64,000 bases of DNA from an uncultured Eubacteriales bacterium (GTDB lineage Bacteria; Bacillota; Clostridia; Oscillospirales; CAG-272). The DNA is taken from NCBI GenBank assembly GCA_934393265.1, contig CAKRQL010000013.1, positions 25,082 through 89,081 on the forward strand. The letters are read 5' to 3'. Below, piece by piece: positions 31,093-40,143 of this stretch (position 1 is the first letter of the stretch; each line of letters starts with the position of its first letter). The notes beneath the pieces were generated by a model. The model searched no databases. It saw nothing but the letters and a program-made list of their open reading frames with translations, and was not told the origin of the DNA. The position numbers and the translations under genes are program-made.

Positions 31093-31965
31093 ATGAAAAT
31101 ATCAATCAGGTTTTTTAACGATAAAGAAGTGCGTGCCGCTTGGAATGAGGAAAACAACAAGTGGTATTTCAGCGTTCTTGATATTATCGGAGCAATAAGA
31201 AAAGAAGATAATTACGAAAAATGCCGTAACTATTGGAAATACCTTAAAGCCAAACTGAAAAAAGAAAACAGCGAGTTGGTTAGTGCCACTACCCAACTGA
31301 AATTAACTGCCGCCGACGGAAAAAGGTATATGACGGACGCATTGGATTCCGACGGAGTTATTAAGCTTGCCGCAGAACTTCCGGGCAAGCTCGGCGCAGA
31401 GTTTATCGGTTGGTTTACGCGGTCGGACGATACGATTGACGGCAAAAGCAAGCAAAAGGCATACGCTTTGTTTGATAGTTCTTTTATAGACGCTATCGAA
31501 GTCGGAACTGCCAAAGGCTTACAACAGATTCACGCTTATTTATTCGGCGGATTATATGATTTTGCCGGGCAAATCCGAACGCTTAATATCGCAAAAGGCG
31601 GCTTTGCGTTTGCGCCCGCCATGTTTTTGCAGGATAATTTGCACTTGATTGAAAAAATGCCCGAGGATACGCTTGAAAACATAGTAAAAAAGTACGTTGA
31701 GATGAACGTTGCTCATCCGTTTATGGAAGGAAACGGTCGAAGTACTCGTATCTGGCTCGATTTGATTTTGAAAAAGAATCTTAAAAAATGTACCGATTGG
31801 AGCAAAATCGATAAAAAAGAATACCTTAATGCAATGCAAGAAAGTCCTGTCGATTCCTCGCATATTTACGAGCTTATAAAAAGCGCACTGACTGACGATA
31901 TAAACGATCGGGAAATCTTCATGAAAGGAATCGACTACTCTTATTATTACGAGCAGGTTGACTGA
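31093..31965 (+). CDS. fic: Fic-family AMPylase-type protein with N-terminal Bro-N/DinD-like DNA-binding domain
   Basis: Fic motif [12 protein letters not shown]. The N-terminal F.DKEVR..W.....WYFSV.DI.GA pattern is Bro-N-like. The gene is visibly AT-richer than its flanks. RBS is AAGGGGA. Confidence 0.9.
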   Translation: MKISIRFFNDKEVRAAWNEENNKWYFSVLDIIGAIRKEDNYEKCRNYWKYLKAKLKKENSELVSATTQLKLTAADGKRYMTDALDSDGVIKLAAELPGKLGAEFIGWFTRSDDTIDGKSKQKAYALFDSSFIDAIEVGTAKGLQQIHAYLFGGLYDFAGQIRTLNIAKGGFAFAPAMFLQDNLHLIEKMPEDTLENIVKKYVEMNVAHPFMEGNGRSTRIWLDLILKKNLKKCTDWSKIDKKEYLNAMQESPVDSSHIYELIKSALTDDINDREIFMKGIDYSYYYEQVD

Positions 31966-31992
31966 TTTGCTTAGGGCAACGGGGTAACCCGC

Positions 31993-32706
31993 TTATCCTA
32001 TATCCGAGAGGGTAATCTCCGCCTCGGAGTTTATGAGCCCGTCGGGGCGCACGGTGCGGAAGAAGTATTCGCCATCCGCCTCCCCGCGCTCGACTGCGAG
32101 ATTTGTGCCGAGGGGTGCCTCGTGCAGATAGGATACAGATATTTGGGAGATGTACCTTCCGTCGAGCGGCAGAAAGTCCGAATATATGTCCGGGTATCTC
32201 GTGTTATTCATGTGCCGGTTCTGGTCGACTCCCCCGTAGCAGACACGGTAGTCACCGACACGGACCATAGAGGAGGGTAGGGAAATTCTGCGCATAGTCA
32301 GGTCGAGCGGCGCGAGCTTCGGAAACGGGAGGTCAAAGTCGGACACGCGGACAAGCTGTCGCGTCTCCGTGTCGATAAGAGCCCAGACGGAAACCGCCCG
32401 CGCGACAATGTGCCCCCGGCAGGAGAGAGTATAGCACCTCGGGAAGCTGAAGCCCCGGCTCTCGCACGGGTAGGTTGTCGCGGTAATATGCTCGTATGCG
32501 CGCACCGGCTCGCTTATCTCCATTCTTATTTTCGAGAGAAGAAAGGCGCGCTTTTTTGCTATCAGATTCTCGTATGACATCCCACCGCTTGTCAGCTGGT
32601 CCTGTGCCGTCGACTGAATGTATTTCATAAGAGAGGAGGTCCGGCAGACACCGTTGTAGTCCGCGTCATGTATATCCGTAATTATTTCTTTTTCGTAGCC
32701 CTGCAA
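31993..32706 (-). CDS. Acyl-ACP thioesterase
   Basis: A tandem hot-dog thioesterase pattern (YEKE....D.D..G........Y.Q....Q; VD.N.HMNN..Y). The likely start is TTG 32706, 7 nt after AGAGGTGA. The tracked ATG at 32787 adds 27 non-conserved residues. Confidence 0.8.
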   Translation of the reverse strand: MQGYEKEIITDIHDADYNGVCRTSSLMKYIQSTAQDQLTSGGMSYENLIAKKRAFLLSKIRMEISEPVRAYEHITATTYPCESRGFSFPRCYTLSCRGHIVARAVSVWALIDTETRQLVRVSDFDLPFPKLAPLDLTMRRISLPSSMVRVGDYRVCYGGVDQNRHMNNTRYPDIYSDFLPLDGRYISQISVSYLHEAPLGTNLAVERGEADGEYFFRTVRPDGLINSEAEITLSDIG

Positions 32707-32914
32707 TTGAAAATCACCTCTGAAATGCTTATAGCGACCGCCGCCGTCGGGGTCCGACCGTCGCCTTTTTATTAATGATACACCCAAAGCCTGTGATTTT
32801 CAAGGAGCACATACCGGAAAGTTGTAAATTTTTATCGGTTTTTTGCCGGGGGGCTTGACCGCCGTGGTATACTAAAGAAAAGAATAAGCGATAATAACGC
32901 AGGAGGAAAAACGA

Positions 32915-33226
32915 ATGAAGGATGTAAATACGGAGAATTTTCAGGCAGAGGTCGAGGGTGCGCACGGGCTCGTCGTCATAGACCTATTCGCCACGTGGTG
33001 TCAGCCCTGTCGCATGCTCGCCCCGGTTATAGAGGAGCTCGAGGGAGAGTATCCGGAGGTTAATTTCTGCCGCGTGGATGTCGATGCGTCGCCGGATATA
33101 GCCGCGCAGTTCGGCGTCCGGAGCATACCGACCGTCGCGTTTGTAAAGGACGGCACTTTCCTTGATTTCACCGTAGGCGTCGTCCCGCGAGAAAAGCTCG
33201 CCGCGATGATAGAGCAGTACAGATAA
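32915..33226 (+). CDS. trxA: Thioredoxin (atypical WCQPC active site)
   Basis: 103 aa. F.AE......V.DLFA.WC.PC..LAP..EEL, then VD.D....A..F.V.SIPT..F.K.G. Confidence 0.92.
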   Translation: MKDVNTENFQAEVEGAHGLVVIDLFATWCQPCRMLAPVIEELEGEYPEVNFCRVDVDASPDIAAQFGVRSIPTVAFVKDGTFLDFTVGVVPREKLAAMIEQYR

Positions 33227-33252
33227 CGACAGGCAAAAAACGAATATCGGAG

Positions 33253-33290
33253 AACCCCGGGGTAAAATGTTGCCCCGGGGTTGTTTTTGT
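33253..33290 (+). terminator. Rho-independent terminator after trxA
   Basis: AACCCCGGGG-TAAAATGTTG-CCCCGGGGTT followed by GTTTTTGT. Confidence 0.75.
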
Positions 33291-33390
33291 ATATCCGCGC
33301 GAAAAGTAGACGCCCGCAACGCCTTGAACGAGGTGGAAATAAATGGTATAATCCGGAATATACCGACAAAGCAAAAAAAGGACGCTTAAA

Positions 33391-36300
33391 ATGAAAACGA
33401 CAAAGACCTTTCTCTTATTTTTATGGGTGCTCGCGCTGACGCTCCTGCTCGCCCTCCCGACGGAGAGTGCCGGGGACACCGGGCGGGCATCCGGCGTGAC
33501 GTATGCGGAAAGTGCCGCCACAGACACCTCCACGGCAGTGAGTGCCGCGCGCTCTGCCGTCCCGCCGCGCCACAGACAAACATCGGACGGGGAAGAATAC
33601 TCCTCCACTCTGACGCCCGCCGCCCCGATCGGTGGCACCTCCGGACAGAGTGAGAACACCGCCTACGGCTATACGCTCACGCTTGACGGTGGGGTTTATA
33701 CCCTCACGACAGACAGCGGCGCGCGGGCATACTCCGGGAGTCTCGACGGCGTCTCGGACTTTCTCGCGACCCGTCCGTCCGTCTCTCTCTTTCTTGATAT
33801 GAAGGAAGCCGCGGGCACGCTCCGTATAGCTACCGATGTGAATATCCGCGGCACCTGCTCGTTTTCCGACGGCGGAATAGTAGTTTCCGGCGGGCGTCTT
33901 GTCAGCTCGGCGGAAATAACCTTTTCCTCCGGCGGGCTCCGCATAAAAGAGGGCACCCTCACCGTCACGGGCGGGAGCCTCGTGTCCGCCTCCTCCGTCA
34001 TAGTCTCGGATTATTCCTCATCTGTTTCCGTATCGGTAACCGGGGGCGAGATAGTCTCACAGGGCAGGGAGCCGGCGATTAAAATCTCGCTCGGCACCCT
34101 CTCGCTCTCGGGCGGCAGCGTGAAGTGCGCCTACGGCTTCGCCGTCGACAACCGCGGGAGCCTCTCGCTATCCGGCTCTCCGGTAATCCGCGGGACAGTC
34201 TCCGATATATCGACCTCCGGCGCGGTCACACTCTTTGGCGCAGAGGGGAGCTTTTCCGGCACTGTGCGCGTTATATGCACTATGGATTTCCCGCTCGGGA
34301 GCCTTACCCCGGTGTTTTATTCGGCAGACGGGGAGCAGACGAAAAGCATAACCCTGACCGACAGCCGGGGCACGAGCCTTCCGCTCACATATTTCTCCTC
34401 CTCCCGCTATACGGATGAGCGGGATTTTCTCGCCGTATATCGTCCGCATACGGTTACATTCTATGCGCAAAACGGAGAAAAATACAGAACCGAGGAGCTG
34501 CTATCGGGAGAGTCTCCGACACTGCCGGAGCCGCCGGAGAGAGTCGGGTATTCTTTCTTCGGGTGGTGTGCCGATACGGCTGGGGATACCCCATATACAC
34601 CCGAGGGCGTGTATGAAAATATATCGCTTTACGCCGTATACAGGCTCTCCGCACCGACCTTCCTTTCGCAGAATATCACATTCACCTTTGACGGCGAATG
34701 GCACACGATAAACCCGGTTGTATTTTCCCACCCGCTTGACGGCGAGGGGCACTATGAGTATCTGTGGTACCGCGACGGCGCGGCTACCGATATTACCACT
34801 CCGACGCTTCGTATACGCGGTGTCCGCGACAGCGGGGAATACTCGCTTTCCGCTACCTTTTTCTGCGGTAACGAGCGCGTGACGGTGAGCGTTCCCGCGG
34901 TTACGGTGTCGGTCTCTCCGCTTTCGGTAGACCCGCCGGAGATACCCTCTGTGACCTATACCGGGCTCCCGCTTTTGCCCGCGGTTCCGTCTTGTGTCTG
35001 GTACGGATATTCCTTTGACCCGGTTATACATGCCGGGGAATATCCCGTTATACTTGAGCTCAAGGATCCCGGGAATACCGTCTGGCGGGGCGGCGACTTT
35101 GCGGCTCTGCCCCTGACCTTCCGCGTTCTGACGGCGGACAACCTGTGGACTATCTCCCCCGAAATATCCGATGTCTATGGGGGAGAGACCGCCGCCGTGT
35201 GCGCAGCCGCCCGCTTCGGTGTGCCGGAGTGGAGGTATTCCGTGTCCCCGGACGGCGGATATTCTCCGGATTTTCCGACCGCACCCGGCACATACTATGC
35301 AGTGTGTACCGTCCCGGGCACATCCGACGTGCGCGAAATCACGACTGCACCGATGCGCTTTACCGTAATGCGTGACGGCGTACTCTCGCTCCGAATAGCG
35401 GCACTGCCCGACAGAACCGAGTATTCCGCGTATGATTTCTTTGATCCTGCCGGGCTTTCCGTAATCGCCCTCCGCGAGAGCGGACGGAGCGGAGAGATTC
35501 CGCTCTCGGAGCTTGTATTTTCATACACGGGTGGCGCTGAATACTTTCTTTTCGGCGACAAAACGGTGAATGTCACGTATTCCGGGCGCACCTGCTCCGT
35601 CCCCGTCACAGTCCGCCTCGCCGAGTATGATATGTCCGGATTTCTCTTTTCGGATACGACGATTATATACGACGGCGGGTGGCATACAATATCCCCATCA
35701 AATCTTCCTGCGGGGCTCCTTTACAGCACAGATGTCAGCGCGCGTGACGCCGGGGAGTATACGGTAACCCTCACCTTTACATCAACCGACAGAAACCGAC
35801 GCGCCCCCGCCCCCGTGAGCGCGACCCTGACGATAAACCCCCTCCCGCTCACGGTAATATGGGGGGAATGTGAATTTGTATACGACGGCGCGCCGAAGCT
35901 CCCGGGCGCGTATGCGATAATGCCGGACGGCTATCGCCGGACACTCGCCGTAACAGGCGCAAGGACAAACGCGGGTGAGGGGTATGTCGCCGCGGCACAG
36001 GCACCGGACGGGAACCATACATTGATAAACCCGACCGCGGCATTTTTCATAGCCCGCGCAAGCTACGATATGTCGGGCGTACATTGGAGCGCGTCGGATT
36101 TTGTCTATGACGGGCAGGAGCACGGCGTGACACTTGCAGCTCTCCCTGCCGGGATTTCGGTTATAGGCTACTCTGGCTCCGTCGCTACTGCGGCGGGGGA
36201 GTATACCGCCACGGCAACCCTCGGCTACGACAGCGAGAATTACTATCCGCCAAAGGTAGCTCCGCTCGTCTGGCACATTCTCCGCGCGGATTACGACCTC

Positions 36301-38601
36301 GGTGAGCTCTCCTTTGTCGGCGGCGAGTTTGTTTACGACGGACTTGCCCACCTGCCGACCGTAACGGGCGAGATTCCCGCGGGATATGACGGCAGCGTGC
36401 CCGAATATACCATGACCGCCGGAGCCACCCATGTCTCGGAGGGCGAGGTAGCCGTATATCTCCGCTTTATTGTGACAAGTAAAAACTATAACACTCCAAA
36501 AGATTTGACGGCTTACGTGCGGATAGTCCCGTGCCGCGTCGGTGTCGTGTGGGAAAAGCTGACGTTTGTCTACGACGGCAGGGAGCACCTGCCGTCGTCA
36601 TCGGCTGTCTGCCCCCTCCGCGTTACCGGAGGAGCGACGGACGCCGGAAGCTATATAGCGATGGCTACCCCGCTGACGAGCGACTACGTTCTTACAAATC
36701 CGACCGTCGCCTTTACGGTAGAGCGCCGCGCTAATATGTGGACGGAGCAGCCGCGCATACCGGATATATTCGACGGAGATACCCCTCTGTGGTCTGCGGT
36801 GGCGGAGTACGGCGAGGCTGCCGTTACGTTCTTTCTTGACGAGGACTGCACCGCCCCGGCGGAAGGCTTCACCCCCGGGACGTATTACGCGGTGTTCACC
36901 GTGCCCGAGAGCCGGAACTATAAAGCACTTGTCTCCTCCCCAGTCCGTTTCCTTGTTGTAAAGATAGCTCCGGTGGGGATTTCTGCGGAGTGCGAGGGGG
37001 AGATAGTAGCGTTTTCCCCCGTCTCCGCTCTGCGAGCCGTCGTGCGCGTCCTGTATAATAACGGAGACGTCCGCACGGCGTCGCCGGACGAGTACATCGT
37101 CTCCTACCCCTCGGGGCATCTGCCGCATACGTCGGATACCACCGTCATATTCACCCTCGGCGAATTCTCCGTAACGAAAAATATAACCGTCGGGCGGGCT
37201 GTGCTTGACCTCTCCACCGTTCGGTACACCGGGCTCACCGTGACGTACGACGGGGAGGAGCACACCCCTGGTATAGCCTCACTGCCGGAGGGGGTCACCG
37301 TCCTGCGTATCGACGGCGGCGCGCGGGTCGCCGCGGGGGTCTACTCCGTCTCCGTGACCCTCGGCTACGACAGCGAGAACTATCTTGACCCCGGTGTCCT
37401 GCATCTCACAATGACAATAGAGAAAAAGACGGTAGTTCTTCCAACGCCGCCGGAATTTTCATACACGGGTAGGGCTTATATCCCCAAATTCCCGGAGTCC
37501 GGGCTCTATGACATCACAGCACCGGAGGTTCTGCACGCCGGGACATATCGCGCACGGGCAGCCCTCCGTGACAGGGATAACTACCGCTTCGCGGGGGCTG
37601 ACGGCGGGGAGTGTGAATTCACGTTCACCGTCTCCCCGGCGTATATCCGCGTCATCGTCGGGAACGTCACAAAATATATAGACGGAATAAAGGAAGGGCT
37701 CACCTACGTGAGTGCCGCTCCCATACCCGACGAGGCGGGGCTCCGGTTGTATACGGACGGCGGGCTCGTCCTCGCAGCCTTCGATAACCCGGACTATTAC
37801 GCCGACTGCGTCCCCGGGCGGATAAACCCGGTCGCCCGCCTCTCACCCTCCCTTATGACCTCTTTTGTGATACTTGCGGTAATTCTTATATTCCTCCTGA
37901 TACTCGCCGTGGCTCTCCCGCGCCTTATCCCGGTGATAAAGGAGAGAATACGGATAGCCTCCGTCGCCGCGAATATCAGAAGAAATACCGTATGCCCCTG
38001 CGCCCCGATAACCGTTCCGCGCCTCGCCCCGCCGGATAACCGCGGGGGCGGGGAAGAGGGACCCGCTCCCGACACCTTGCCCGGCGGCACGCCTGAAAGC
38101 GGTGACGACGACGTCCCCGCCGTAAAGCCGGACGCCGAAACCCCGGCTGTAAACGGACGCCCCGCCACCGAAACAGGTAGCCGTACCGCCGTCCGGCGCC
38201 TCCTCGCCACAAGACCCGTAACCCCCGCATACGCGGACGCCATGATAACCGACAGCGACGCAAAGGAGATGACCGAGCATGCGGAGGAGGTCATATATAC
38301 GAGCGGGCACCGCAGGAGAATTATAAATGTCGGCACGCTCTCGCGCGCCTTTCCCGACGGTGCCCGGGTCGATGTGAATATCCTGAAGGAGAGGTCGCTT
38401 GTTCCGTATGATACGGGCTATCTTAAAGTGCTCGCCGACGGGGTTATAGATAAGGAGCTCTCGGTGTATGCCGATGCTTTCAGCCTCGCGGCTGTCAAAA
38501 TGATAGCCCTCACAGGGGGCAGGGCGATAAAGGCGCACACAGAGCAGAGACAGGAGCCGCATCCGGACGAAAAAAACGCTGCCGGAGCGGAGAAAGAATA
38601 A
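33391..38601 (+). CDS. Giant (1,736 aa) cell-surface repeat protein with C-terminal TM anchor and cytoplasmic uL15-like domain
   Basis: Signal peptide MKTTKTFLLFLWVLALTLLLALP. It has a beta-helix-like Gly/Ser/Val region and a List-Bact-type repeat (VGYSFFGWCADTAGDTPY...ISLYAVY). There are at least 7 'F/VxYDGxxH' MBG-like modules and Big_3-like Ig domains. One TM helix lies near residue 1490, followed by a uL15-like C-terminus. Confidence 0.85.
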   Translation: MKTTKTFLLFLWVLALTLLLALPTESAGDTGRASGVTYAESAATDTSTAVSAARSAVPPRHRQTSDGEEYSSTLTPAAPIGGTSGQSENTAYGYTLTLDGGVYTLTTDSGARAYSGSLDGVSDFLATRPSVSLFLDMKEAAGTLRIATDVNIRGTCSFSDGGIVVSGGRLVSSAEITFSSGGLRIKEGTLTVTGGSLVSASSVIVSDYSSSVSVSVTGGEIVSQGREPAIKISLGTLSLSGGSVKCAYGFAVDNRGSLSLSGSPVIRGTVSDISTSGAVTLFGAEGSFSGTVRVICTMDFPLGSLTPVFYSADGEQTKSITLTDSRGTSLPLTYFSSSRYTDERDFLAVYRPHTVTFYAQNGEKYRTEELLSGESPTLPEPPERVGYSFFGWCADTAGDTPYTPEGVYENISLYAVYRLSAPTFLSQNITFTFDGEWHTINPVVFSHPLDGEGHYEYLWYRDGAATDITTPTLRIRGVRDSGEYSLSATFFCGNERVTVSVPAVTVSVSPLSVDPPEIPSVTYTGLPLLPAVPSCVWYGYSFDPVIHAGEYPVILELKDPGNTVWRGGDFAALPLTFRVLTADNLWTISPEISDVYGGETAAVCAAARFGVPEWRYSVSPDGGYSPDFPTAPGTYYAVCTVPGTSDVREITTAPMRFTVMRDGVLSLRIAALPDRTEYSAYDFFDPAGLSVIALRESGRSGEIPLSELVFSYTGGAEYFLFGDKTVNVTYSGRTCSVPVTVRLAEYDMSGFLFSDTTIIYDGGWHTISPSNLPAGLLYSTDVSARDAGEYTVTLTFTSTDRNRRAPAPVSATLTINPLPLTVIWGECEFVYDGAPKLPGAYAIMPDGYRRTLAVTGARTNAGEGYVAAAQAPDGNHTLINPTAAFFIARASYDMSGVHWSASDFVYDGQEHGVTLAALPAGISVIGYSGSVATAAGEYTATATLGYDSENYYPPKVAPLVWHILRADYDLGELSFVGGEFVYDGLAHLPTVTGEIPAGYDGSVPEYTMTAGATHVSEGEVAVYLRFIVTSKNYNTPKDLTAYVRIVPCRVGVVWEKLTFVYDGREHLPSSSAVCPLRVTGGATDAGSYIAMATPLTSDYVLTNPTVAFTVERRANMWTEQPRIPDIFDGDTPLWSAVAEYGEAAVTFFLDEDCTAPAEGFTPGTYYAVFTVPESRNYKALVSSPVRFLVVKIAPVGISAECEGEIVAFSPVSALRAVVRVLYNNGDVRTASPDEYIVSYPSGHLPHTSDTTVIFTLGEFSVTKNITVGRAVLDLSTVRYTGLTVTYDGEEHTPGIASLPEGVTVLRIDGGARVAAGVYSVSVTLGYDSENYLDPGVLHLTMTIEKKTVVLPTPPEFSYTGRAYIPKFPESGLYDITAPEVLHAGTYRARAALRDRDNYRFAGADGGECEFTFTVSPAYIRVIVGNVTKYIDGIKEGLTYVSAAPIPDEAGLRLYTDGGLVLAAFDNPDYYADCVPGRINPVARLSPSLMTSFVILAVILIFLLILAVALPRLIPVIKERIRIASVAANIRRNTVCPCAPITVPRLAPPDNRGGGEEGPAPDTLPGGTPESGDDDVPAVKPDAETPAVNGRPATETGSRTAVRRLLATRPVTPAYADAMITDSDAKEMTEHAEEVIYTSGHRRRIINVGTLSRAFPDGARVDVNILKERSLVPYDTGYLKVLADGVIDKELSVYADAFSLAAVKMIALTGGRAIKAHTEQRQEPHPDEKNAAGAEKE

Positions 38602-38607
38602 ATTCGC

Positions 38608-38636
38608 TTGCTTTTTTCCGGGGTTTGTGCTACAAT
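38608..38636 (+). promoter_or_regulatory. Sigma-A-type promoter of the ECF S-component gene
   Basis: TTGCTT-17 nt-TACAAT, 48 nt before the ATG. Confidence 0.55.
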
Positions 38637-38683
38637 ACTAACGACCCGCGTGCGCGGGCAAAATAAAATGACGGAGTTTTGTA

Positions 38684-39364
38684 ATGAATAACCTCAGAAA
38701 GCATGACATTCTGAAGCTGACTCTGACTGCAATGTTCGTGGCTCTGATAGTAATAATGGCTTTTACGCCGATAGGATACCTTCATATAGGTCCGGTGTCC
38801 ATAACGTTTATGGTGGTTCCGGTCGTGCTCGGCGCCTGCCTGTGCGGCACGGTGAGCGGCGCGGTGCTCGGTCTCGCATTCGGGCTGACGAGCTTTTTCC
38901 AGTGCTTCGGCATGGACCCGCTCGGCGTCTACCTCCTCGGGCAGAACGCCTTTCTGACCTTCCTGATGTGCGTGCTTCCGCGCGTGCTCATCGGGGTTTT
39001 CGCGTCCCTTGTCTATAAGCTGATAAGCCGCGGCATAAGACCGTCCGGCGAGGATGTCGGGGACGAGTGCGCGGATAACGCCCGCCCCGGCTCCACCCGC
39101 GAGATCATATCCTACACCGTATCGGGGATAGTCGGGTCGATAACGAATACCGTATTCTTTGTCGGTATGCTTGTCCTCTGCTTCTATACGACGGGTGCCC
39201 TCGCCGGCTATGCCGACGGCGCTCTTAACGTAGGTCTCGGAGAGCTTCTTATTATGCTCATTACCTCGAACAGCCTGATTGAACTGTGTGCCGATGCGGT
39301 TCTCGTCACCCTTATCTGCACTGCGCTCCGTCCCCTTCTTCGGAGGATAGAGGCAAATTTCTGA
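38684..39364 (+). CDS. ECF transporter S component (substrate unknown)
   Basis: 226 aa with 6 TM helices. The N-terminal L...AMFVAL.......PIG pattern is typical of ECF S components. Confidence 0.75.
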   Translation: MNNLRKHDILKLTLTAMFVALIVIMAFTPIGYLHIGPVSITFMVVPVVLGACLCGTVSGAVLGLAFGLTSFFQCFGMDPLGVYLLGQNAFLTFLMCVLPRVLIGVFASLVYKLISRGIRPSGEDVGDECADNARPGSTREIISYTVSGIVGSITNTVFFVGMLVLCFYTTGALAGYADGALNVGLGELLIMLITSNSLIELCADAVLVTLICTALRPLLRRIEANF

Positions 39365-39453
39365 AACCTCGGGGCTGTCGCTCCGGCGCCATACCGTAAT
39401 CCGGGACTGCGCACACTGCGACAGCCCCGAAAAAATACCCGTGGAGGCAAAAT

Positions 39454-40143
39454 ATGTCGGAAAAAAGCATAAAGGCTCTCTTTTTTGACAGAGACCTTAT
39501 AGCGATAGTAAAGCCCGCAGGTATACCGGCACAGCCGGACGCCACGGGGGATACAGACGCCCTTACCGCCGCGGCAGACTTTCTGTGCAGCTCCGGCGGC
39601 ACGGCGGACGTCTACCCGGTTCACAGGCTTGACCGCGTTGTCGGCGGGGTAATGGTCATTGCGAGAAATGCGAGGTCTGCGGCAGCTCTCTCCGCCGTAT
39701 TCGCGGGTCACGATATAAAGAAACGGTATGTTGCCGTCCTCGACGGTGCCGCCGCCGGGGGCGTGTATGAAAATTACATATATAAAGACGCCCGGGCAGG
39801 CAAGGCGTATGTCGTGAAAAATGCCCGCCGCGGTGCACGTCCCGCCTCGCTTGAGCTGTCCGCCGTATCCTCCGCTAAGGGCAGGCGCGGCGAAATACTG
39901 ACCCTCGCCGACATACTCCTGCACACCGGACGCTACCACCAGATAAGGGTGCAGTGCGCGTCGCGCGGGACCCCGGTTCTCGGCGACGGAAAGTACGGGA
40001 GCCATGAGAACGCCTGCGTCCCCGCGCTCTTTTCCCGGAGCCTTGAATTTACGCTTTCCGGCAAAAAATATTCTTTCTCCGCGGTGCCGGATTGTACCGT
40101 CTACCCGTGGAGTCTGTTTTCAAAGGAGATATCCGTGCTATGA
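39454..40143 (+). CDS. RluA-family pseudouridine synthase
   Basis: 229 aa. Catalytic HRLDR..(S/G)G.(L/M)V.A motif and HQIR near the C-terminus. Confidence 0.88.
   Translation: MSEKSIKALFFDRDLIAIVKPAGIPAQPDATGDTDALTAAADFLCSSGGTADVYPVHRLDRVVGGVMVIARNARSAAALSAVFAGHDIKKRYVAVLDGAAAGGVYENYIYKDARAGKAYVVKNARRGARPASLELSAVSSAKGRRGEILTLADILLHTGRYHQIRVQCASRGTPVLGDGKYGSHENACVPALFSRSLEFTLSGKKYSFSAVPDCTVYPWSLFSKEISVL

Noticed and set aside
30969-31160. 63-aa minus-strand ORF overlapping the fic start, considered as a possible Fic antitoxin.
   Set aside because: It is antisense to the fic RBS and start and has no RBS of its own. Its AT-rich low-complexity translation lacks the S/TxxxE(G/N) inhibitory motif expected of Fic antitoxins.
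38602-38683. Looked for a vitamin riboswitch upstream of the ECF S-component gene.
   Set aside because: Only 82 nt are available, and most of it is taken by a TTGCTT-17-TACAAT promoter. There is no room for, and no sequence resembling, the FMN, TPP or cobalamin aptamers.
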